DNA of 64,000 bases from the human T2T-CHM13v2.0 reference genome, Homo sapiens. Positions 51,358 to 64,000 of the stretch are shown here, piece by piece. Numbering within the stretch: the first letter of the stretch is position 1; the number at the start of each line of letters is the position of its first letter. The stretch lies in the NCBI RefSeq assembly GCF_009914755.1, contig NC_060939.1, one strand, 5' to 3'. The translations under genes and the position numbers were made by a program. The notes beneath the pieces are model-generated. The model was not told where the DNA came from and did not search any database. It saw only the letters and a program-made list of their open reading frames with translations.

Positions 51358-51611
51358 AGTGAGTCAAGCTCCCAGCATCCCTCCCGGACCCGGCCCTCTT
51401 CAGCTCATCGCCCGAGGATTTTCCGCCTCTGCCCTCGTCGGCAGATCCTGCTCCTACCCACTCCCTAGCTGTGTTCCCGCGGGGAGAGAGGGGAAAGAGG
51501 GTCTGATTTTTTAACGAAGGGAAAGAAAATATGCCATTTCTAGCGCTTCAGCCACACAAAGAAAGCGGCGGAATGATCCGCTCTCGGCGACCGCAAGTCC
51601 CGGCTCGCCCG

Positions 51612-51621
51612 GCGCCTGCGC
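51612..51621. promoter_or_regulatory. NRF1-type site (GCGCCTGCGC)
   Basis: Near-palindromic match to the NRF1 GCGCnTGCGC motif upstream of exon 1. Confidence 0.5.
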
Positions 51622-52829
51622 GGCAGCGGGGGTGGGAGCTGCGGACGGCCATGTGCGCGGCGGAGAGGCCGGGTGGCCACCGAACCTTCCCGCCTGTTCT
51701 GCGGTGGGTAGGAGTTTGGAAACTAATGTTCCTGTGCTAACCTTCGTGTCTCTGTGACATGACTGTTGAAAGACGGAGAGTGCGGAATCTTTGGAGTTTT
51801 AAGCTTGCCAACTGTGCGGCCTAGCAGAATCCTGGGAGACGGAAGGACAGCCAAGAGGCTAGGATTTACCTTTAAGTGTCCCTAGATTCAACTAGGCAGA
51901 CTGGGACGGGAGACGCTGTGAAGGTACCAGGGAAGGAACGAGTGAGGTTCCTTTTCCACTTTTTCATAAACTCAACAGTCAGGTTCATGACGAAGATATA
52001 GATATTTCTGTAGATTTTTTCCCCAACATTCTAATTATGCCTCATGTTTCGTAGATCCTAGTAACTGCTTGGATTACTGCCACCTCAGAGGTAGAGATCT
52101 GTTTTTCCGTGGCTGGAATGCCAAAAATTTTGTTGTATTTTATTAAGAAAGTAGCAAAAGTTTGGAGATTTGCAAAGTTAAAAAAAAAAAAAGCATTATG
52201 AACTTAATCTAGATGTGATTTGCTAAGGAACTTAATATATTGATATGTTTTTCACAGGGGCGTCTGGGCATGGCTTTCCCAACCTAGTAACTGCAACTTT
52301 TAGCATCCTACATGTAGGACTTGGGAATATGTGAGACAGCGCCAAGAATTTAATCCAGGAGAATTGACAAGCTTAAATGAAATCCATATTGCCCACTGAT
52401 TTTGTGCAGCTTCAGATAAGTAATCTTTCTCCACTTAGCCTTTTGTAACAATTGATGTAATAAAGGTTTGTAGTCTTTGTGTAATTTATTAAAGCATTGT
52501 GCCTAAAATAGAAAAAAAGCATAGGAACCATAGGCTGTGTTTTCTTTTGATTTAATATTTTCATTTCTTCAGTTAATAGAAATTTGCCAAATTCTGATGT
52601 TTTTCTGTAGCATTATTTGAATGAGCATTGTTTATTTGAGTGAACATTCAGCTAATTGTTACAGAATCGTTGCCCCCATTAATCTTAGGCTGTAGAATGT
52701 AGACAAGTAAATAGGCATCATCAGTATGATGAGAGTGAAGCTACTTAATACTGTGGAATCAAATAAAGGAGGAACCCCTTACTAAACCAAGAGGGAGGAA
52801 TAAAATGGAATGGGACTAGAGAAGCAATT

Positions 52830-54170
<1,341 letters not shown>

Positions 54171-54171
54171 T

Positions 54172-54554
<383 letters not shown>

Positions 54555-55180
54555 CTATCTTGCTTACCAATTAAATGAGGAAAGGGAGGAATCAATAGTG
54601 ATGCCTAGGTTTGGGGCATGTTGTCTAGGTGGAATTAATTTTAATTACACTTTTAACCCCTAGCATATCCAAATATTATTTCACATGTGATCAACATAAA
54701 AAATTACTAAATATTAAAAATATTTTACATTATCTTTCTCATAACTAAGCATTTGAAATCTCGTGTGTATTTTATACTTATAGCATATCTCAGTACTTGA
54801 TTTCATAAAATTTCCAGCTGAAAAAATAGATTCACGTACCCAAGTCGTTCCAAGCATACTTAAAAGTTTTACGGTAATCGAATCGTGTATATTTTTAAAT
54901 TTTATTTTAAATTAAAGTTAGGATTATGAATTCAGTTCCTAAATTAGCCTCATTTCACTTCTGCATTTCAAGTGGGACAAGTTATTACCATATTGGACAA
55001 TGCAGTCTAGTGAAGTAGAGGATAGTGGAAAGTCAGACTTAAAAAGTTGTTTAGAACCAGCTCTGGAAGGCCTTGGATGTCAGATTAAAGGACTGAGATT
55101 TTACCCTTGAGTCAGGCAGAATAATGGATGGTTTTTGAACTAAGGAGTGACACAAGGTTGTGCTTATGACTAGAAGGAGG

Positions 55181-55192
55181 CCACTAGGTGGC
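55181..55192 (+). promoter_or_regulatory. CTCF core motif (CCACTAGGTGGC) flanked by two AP-1 TGAGTCA sites
   Basis: Exact match to CCASYAGRKGGC; TGAGTCA at 55108-55114 and 55200-55206. Confidence 0.55.
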
Positions 55193-55397
55193 CAGCTGGT
55201 GAGTCAGGACACCCTTCAGTTGCTTTGACTTCAGCCCTGTGGATTCAAAGTCTGATTTTTGTCAGCGCTCTAGAGCAGTCTCACCAAAAGTGTGGTCCAC
55301 AAGGCAGTGCCAGTCTGTAAGCCCTTTGTTACACATCCATGTCAAGGCATTTACAGAAAGTAAGAATTTAGAAACTTATAGCAGTTTAACAGACTAA

Positions 55398-56078
<681 letters not shown>

Positions 56079-56299
56079 GTTTTTTTCTTTTTCTAATAAT
56101 TTTTATCATATTACATAAAAGTACCTATGGTCTCACAGATGAAGGGAGTCAGAAGAACCAAACTCCCAGAAGACATATAAATCTAAATGCCTTTTTTACT
56201 TTAGAGTGAAAACTGTAATAGCTAAATTATAATGGACATCTGCTCATTTTCTCCCTCCATGTAGACATGGAAAGCTACACGGAAATAACCGAGTTTATA

Positions 56300-56590
56300 G
56301 TAGCTACCATATATTAAACGTTTCCTGTATGCCAGCCACTGTGCAAAGCATATTATATATATTGTCTCATTTAATCCTCACAACTCTGTAAAATAAGTAT
56401 TGTTTGCCCCATTTTTCCAATGAAGAAACCGAGGCTAAAATAGGTTGAATAACTTACCTAAATTCACCATCCTCAAAGGTGTTAAAGACAGGATTCCAGT
56501 ACAGGTCTCTCATTTCCTTCATGATTAGGAATACTACTTTGAAATGAGAGACCTGTACTGTATCTGTTAATTCCAAATTCCCTGGCATAA
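56300..56590 (-). mobile_element. MIR element hosting the MIR4712 hairpin
   Basis: TATGCCAG..ACTGTGC; CTCATTTAATCCTCACAAC; CCCATTTT...ATGAAGAAACCGAGGCT; GGATTC....CAGGTCT. Confidence 0.75.
56487..56568 (+). ncRNA. MIR4712: microRNA precursor hairpin miR-4712
   Basis: Perfect 20-bp stem: CAGTACAGGTCTCTCATTTC (56497-56516) with GAAATGAGAGACCTGTACTG (56541-56560), 24-nt loop. Arms match my recollection of miR-4712-5p and -3p. Confidence 0.85.
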
Positions 56591-56744
56591 AGACTCAGTA
56601 CATTGTTTAAAGAGAATGCATGAAGTTAACTGCATTACCTTTTGGAGGGTTCATTTGTGAATTTGGGGCCAAAGTAAGGGGAGTTACTGGTATTCTAATA
56701 GCATCAAACAAATGAATTCATTTCATCTTTTGGGGAGGTGGAGG

Positions 56745-57027
56745 GAATAAGGTCTCACCTTGTCGCCCATGCAGGCTGGAAGGCCGTGATGTGATCTCAG
56801 CTCACTGCAGCCTCAACCTGGGCTCAAGCGATCCTCCCACCTCAGCCTCCTGAGTAGCTGGGACTACAGGTGCACACCACCACGCCCAGCTCATTTTTGT
56901 ATGTTTTGTAGAGACTGTGTTTTGCCACGTTGCCCAGGCTATTCTCAAACTCCTGAGCTCAAGTGATCCTCCCACCTCAGCCTCCCAAAGTGCTGGGATT
57001 ACAGATGTAATCCACCACACCCAGCCA
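56745..57027 (-). mobile_element. AluJ
   Basis: Diverged dimer. Confidence 0.88.
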
Positions 57028-57089
57028 AATGCATTCATGTCTACAATAGAAATACATCTCTTTGCTGCTATCTTGAATTTGTAGACTCC

Positions 57090-57722
<633 letters not shown>

Positions 57723-57876
57723 AAGTTCAACAAACAGGCAAACCAATCTAGATTTAGGGATATATGTTTAGGTAGTAAAAGTATAAAGAAAAGAAATAGT
57801 TAGCTTTGCAGGGAGTAGTGCTTGGGAGGTAATAGGTGCTTCTGGAGTGCTGTTGATGTTCTGTTCCTAAGTAGGG

Positions 57877-58197
57877 TGCTATGGCTTGAGTTTGGTTTGT
57901 CTGACCCTACCAAGTCTCATGTTAAAATTTCATCCCCAGTGTTGGAGGTGAGGCCTGGTGGGAAGGGTTGTGGGAGTGGATTTCTCATGAGTGGCTTCGT
58001 ATTCTGTAAGGAGTGAGTTCATTAAGAGACTGGCACCTCCTCTCTCCTTTCTCTCGCCATGTGATCTCTGCATATGTCATCTCCTGTCTGCCTTCCACCA
58101 TGAGCAGCCTGAAGCCCTCACTGGAAGCAGATACTGCTACCATGCTTCTTGTACAGCCTGCAAAACCGTGAGCCAAATAAGCCGAACATTCTAAGAC
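57877..58197 (+). mobile_element. MaLR solo LTR (MST-like)
   Basis: TGCTATGG...CTCATGTT..AA; GTACAGCCTGCA.AACCGTGAGCCAAATAA; CTAAGACA end. Confidence 0.8.
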
Positions 58198-59547
58198 ACT
58201 GGGATTACATGAGTGTTAGCACTCTATGACTTAATGAGAAGTAGGTTTTTTGGAGAAAAATGTACTTTCAGTATGTATATTATATATTTCATGGTTATTT
58301 TTAAAACTCGTGAGCAATGCTGGATACACACTACCAACTATTACTTCCCTGACTGAGCCAATTTTTCTGTAAATGCATCACAAATGTGAAAGATAAGGTA
58401 GGCCTGAATTCTGGGGAATGACAATGGTGAAGGAAAGGCGAGACAGGTGCAAAAGACACTGCAGAACTCAGGCTCAAAATCTCATCCTTAACTCCTTCCC
58501 TCATCCCACCATGTTGAATCAGATGTCAATAGCAATTTTATATGGCATTTTTTAAGCTTGCAAAAAGTTATAAACAGAAAATGTTCATTTTATCACTCCA
58601 TCACAGACGAAAAACATGAAATTAAGCTAGGAAACATGTTCAGGTGATTAGAGTAGATAGAACATAGACTAAAAACCAGTGAACTTTTAAAAATAATCCC
58701 ATGATGTGGACAAAAAAAAAGAACTTGTGGCTCCTCACTCCAACTCCTGTGACTCTCTCACCTTACCCCCACTGCCTTCAAGTTTTTTGTAGAAAGAGAA
58801 ATTTTGTATGGATTGAGTTTAAGATGATGCCAGAATATCAAGGTAGAATTATTAAACACACAAAAGCTAAGGTTTGGTACTCTGAAAAAAGGTCAGAATT
58901 GGTGATAGAAAATTAGAAGTTACCCATCCATAGAAGGGTAATAAAGCCATGAGAGTGAAGGAAACCAGTGAGAGAGAATATTGAGAAAAGTACTGAAGGA
59001 CAGAGAAGGAGAAGCGAAGGAGGAAAGCAAATCAGCATTTATTGAGCATCTGTTAAACTGTATGGCAGCTGCTCTACATTTACTATCTCATTTATTCCTT
59101 TCCATTTCCAAGGTAGCCAATTTTAGCCTCATTTGATAGACTGGCTTTGTAGACTCAAAAAGCAGTAAAAAGAACCAGCATTCAAAACCAGCTTGACTCC
59201 AGTTTATTCTGTGTACTACACCATTCCTGGAGAGGCTAAGTGTGTGTTACAGAAGACCATGGGGAGAATTTAGCTCAAGTAAAGATAAGCCCTGGGAAAA
59301 GACCATTGGATTTTTGTGTTTTTTGACTAAGGGGTTCCCATAACATAGCAGCACCTGCACTCCTGTCTTAACGCGTCTGTGAATGTGGGTAATCCAGACA
59401 AATGTAAACGCCTGTCAATAAGGGGGGAAAAAGTCAAGATAGTAAATGTAAAAATTAGTATAATGAAAACAAACCAGTTATTAAATTCTATCTAGATACT
59501 CTTGCCAACCAAGCACTTCGAATCTCAAGGCTTGAATGAAGAATAGC

Positions 59548-59842
59548 TTTTTTTTTCTCTGAGACACGGTCTTACTCTGTTGCCCAAGCTGGCGTGCAGT
59601 GGCAAGATCTCAGCTCACTGCAGCCTGGATTTCCCATGCTCAGGTGATTCTCCCACCTCAGCCTCCTTAGCAGCTAGAACTACAAGCGCAGCCACCATGC
59701 CTGGCTAATTCTGTGTATTTCTGGTAGAGATGGGGTTTTGCCATGTTGCCCAGGCTAGTCTTGAACTCCTGAGCTCAAGCGAGACACCCACCTTGACCTC
59801 CCAAAGTGTTGGGATTACAGACATTAGCCACCACGCCTGGCC
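59548..59842 (-). mobile_element. AluJ
   Basis: TSD GAATARCTTT. Confidence 0.9.
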
Positions 59843-60656
59843 TGTAAACAGGAATAACTTTCTTGCTGTGTGATTCAATGTTATTTACTGCTTTGTTCAT
59901 GTACTGCCTATGTTGATTATCACCAGTGGTATGGATCCTGCACATTGGGAAACACTGCAGTGTTATTTAATTTTGTTCACTGTGTTTACAGTGCAGTTTT
60001 AGTCACCTGAAATTCTAAGAGAAAAGATCAATATGGTTTTGCCAATCAAAGGTCATTAATACTTGGAATGAAAGATAACTTCTCCTGGTGATGAACACAT
60101 GCCTTTTGAAAAGCATCAGTATCTCCTTAAAATGTATAAACTACTGTAATCAATGAGGAAGACTTTTTCTTATCAGATTTATTAAACTCATTTACCATAC
60201 AAATAGCATTATAACATTAAAGAAAATTTTTTAAAAATTCTGTACCATAAAACAATTACTGGTTCCTTCCTACCTGTTTTTAGGTTTGCAGATGAATAAT
60301 GTGTGGATTTTTGGCAGACACACTGCTGAAAATTTTTCACTTTGTTGGGTGAGCATCTCACCCTATCTCCATTTGTCTCCCTGCTCTGAGTTCTAGAGAA
60401 GACCACCAATAAGCAAGTGAAATTCTTTGGCCAAGTCACTGATATCAGAATTCCCCAGAGGCACCAAGAACTTTGATTTCCAGAAATTGTTTAGGCACAG
60501 CCACTCATTCAACCTTATATTTTGTATCTCAGAGTTAAGGTTGCATTTGGGCTACCTAGCCTGTAGACTCTATTTTAAGACAAGCAGGCATTTAATAGTT
60601 GTTGGTTGGTTGATTAGAGCTTCTAGCCAATTTTTAAAAATTATTTGAATAGATAA

Positions 60657-61054
<398 letters not shown>

Positions 61055-61869
61055 CTTGTATATTTTTCCACATACACATTTTTTCATACATACATATGTG
61101 AGAATAAATGTTCTTATTCCCCCTCCCCCATTTTTATGTAGGAGAAAATACCGTACAAACCCTTCTGCACATTGGACTTGAGATGGCTTTTCCATCTCAG
61201 TGCAAAAAGGCGACATTTTTTCTTAACCACTGCACATTATTTGGTTATCACCCAGTTTAGGGACATTGAGTTTCTTTTGTACTCTAGTGCTTGAATGATT
61301 ATCCTTGGATGTACATCTTTCCTTGTATATTTAAATATGTCTCATCTCAGTTTCCACAGGTGGAATTGCTCTGCAAAAAGGCATATATGTATTTTTAATT
61401 TGCCCTCTATGTACCAAATGTTTTCACCCCAGCATTGCTGATGGATTAGAGTGCTGCCAAGTTTTTGGATTTTTACCTACCAGCTTTTGAAGGGCAGATT
61501 ATTTCAAGTCTTAATTAATATTTTCAGGAACAGTAACAATATCATTTGGTTAAATTGAGAGAAATGGGGTTCAGTTGACAGAATTTGTTCAGGATATAGA
61601 ATTTTTCTGCTGCTGCTCCTGCAGCTACACACCTACAACTAGTAAAAACATGGTTGCTTAGGTTGTCAAATGACCAGCAAACCTGGAGAGGAACCTGGAA
61701 TGACTATAAACAGCTCCACCCACACTTTTTTTGGGCAAATGTGCAAGCTTAGTAGAATCTAAAAGGATACTTCAGCCTTTGTTTGAGTTGCAGAAAATTA
61801 ACATGGTAAGGAGGAAAAAATCACTAATTTTTTTAAAAAGTTCCCTGATACAGGAACTGAAAATGATTT

Positions 61870-62073
61870 TTGACCAACCTGGGCAATAGAGCAAAATCCC
61901 ATCTCTACAAAAAAATACAAAAATTAGTCGGGCATGGTGGTGCTGCCTGTAGTGACGGCTACTCATCCTGAGGTGGGAAGATTGCTTGAGGCCAGGAGGT
62001 TGAGGCTGCAGTGAGCCAGGATCACACCACTGCACCAGCCTGGGCTACAGAGTAAGACTCAAGAAAAAAAAAA
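61870..62073 (+). mobile_element. 5'-truncated AluJ
   Basis: Part of left arm plus right arm. Confidence 0.85.
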
Positions 62074-62519
62074 GATGTTTAATTAATCTTGCTTCAGTGC
62101 TGAGGTGGTACAGGGAGGGAGAAAGGGATATTGGGCTATGAATTCCATCTAAACTGGGGATTTTTATCAGGGTGTGAAGAAAGATTTTCAGGAATAATTA
62201 TCTGAGTTACTTGGAGTAAAAGTAGCAGGAGGAGGAAAAGAGATATGGCCTGTGGGTCTCTGACTTGCCAAACTTCTTATTCATTTTACAAATCATGATT
62301 TCTAGAGGATCTTAATCTTTGAGGCCCAGCTGCTTGGAAGTTGCATAATCTCTATACTTCAGTTCCCCCCTATAAAATGGGGAATATGATAGAATCTACC
62401 TTGTATTTGAGAGGACTAAATAAATATAAAGTGCTTAGAAAAGTAAGGACTCAACTTCTAGTAATAATTATTTTGACATGTTTAAGTAATCAGTACTATC
62501 TGGAAAACTGTGCTAATAG

Positions 62520-62836
<317 letters not shown>

Positions 62837-62898
62837 CACCACTCTGTATATCTCTTTTGAAAGTCATAAGCAATATCTTTGGAAAAAACACTTAAGGT

Positions 62899-63203
62899 TA
62901 TTTATTTAGAGGTAGTGTCTCTCTGTACCCCAGCTGGAGTACAGTGGCACAGTATCACAGCTTGCTGCAGCATCAAATTCCTAGGCTCAAGCCATCCTTC
63001 CACCGGACATGTTGGCGTGCACCTCCTGAGTAGCTGGGACTACAGTTGTGCTCTACCACACCGGGCTAATTTTTGTATTTTTTAGTAGAGACAGGGTTTT
63101 GCCATGTTAGACAGGCTGGTCTGGAACACCTGACCTCCGGTGATCTGCCCACCTCAGTCTCCCAAAGGGCTGGGATTAAAGGCATGAGCCACCGCACTCA
63201 GCC
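62899..63203 (-). mobile_element. AluJ/S with an internal inverted patch
   Basis: TSD CACTTAAGG. Confidence 0.85.
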
Positions 63204-63367
63204 ACTTAAGGCTTTTAAAAAATCAATTAATTTCTAAATGGTTTTGGACTTTTGACTCCTTATAAGTGTTAAGATATTTTGGTATCACTTTTTTCCTTCC
63301 AAAAAAAAAAAAAAAACCAACTAGGTGATATCTATTCCTCAGTCAAAGTTAATTAAAACTATTTTGG

Positions 63368-63640
<273 letters not shown>

Positions 63641-64000
63641 TCAGTTTTTGGTTTTGAAAATGTCATGATACCTGTTGAGATAACTGCTGAATAGATGGGT
63701 AATACACAGTCTAGGGCATGGTATCAAAAGAACTTGTCACTGTACATATCGGAAATGGTAAAAATATGTTTTGCTGTTTTCACGAATTCATTCATTTTTC
63801 ATGTTTCATGAATTCATTCTTTTTAAAAAAAAAAAAAGATCCTGCTAATTCTCTGTTTCTCTTGCTTTTCTCCTTTATGACTAAGTTTTCCTCATTATGG
63901 GTTACCCCACATTACTGCTTACGAAGACATCTCTTTAGTCAGAAAACAGTAGCTTGGTTCAGTTCTAGCTTCATTGTTAAGCTCATAGGTAAATCTGGCA

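Larger units (their letters stand above)
50380..51720. promoter_or_regulatory. CpG island / multi-transcript promoter of GABPB1
   Basis: Abrupt GC- and CpG-rich segment in an AT-rich, CpG-depleted window; free of repeats; contains exon 1. Confidence 0.93.

Overview
Primate (human-type) genomic DNA containing the 5' part of GABPB1 (GA-binding protein beta-1, the ankyrin-repeat partner of the ETS factor GABPA) on the minus strand. Non-coding exon 1 lies in a CpG island at ~50.4-51.7 kb (donor at 51142/51143). It is followed by a 45,104-nt intron 1, coding exon 2 (5931-6038, whose first base is the A of the ATG) and coding exon 3 (213-380); the gene continues off the left edge. From recollection, the same island also drives GABPB1-IT1 (minus) and GABPB1-AS1 (plus); their boundaries cannot be fixed from sequence alone. 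The window also holds the MIR4712 hairpin (56487-56568), a U6 snRNA retropseudogene (43582-43686) and very dense interspersed repeats: about 70 Alu copies or fragments by eye, plus L1, L2, MIR, MaLR LTRs and DNA transposon fossils. Almost all ORFs in the supplied track are Alu-derived or incidental. The most interesting unexplained signals are: (i) two divergent small ORFs sharing one CATG palindrome in the island, one with a GCCGCCACCATG Kozak and AATAAA just after its stop; (ii) a uORF in frame with the GABPB1 CDS and separated from it by a single TAG; (iii) a recurring set of perfect inverted micro-duplications inside old repeats, one of which is MIR4712; and (iv) a 92-bp local DNA capture at an Alu 5' junction. 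No wholly new biological system can be demonstrated from the sequence alone; these are testable candidates.
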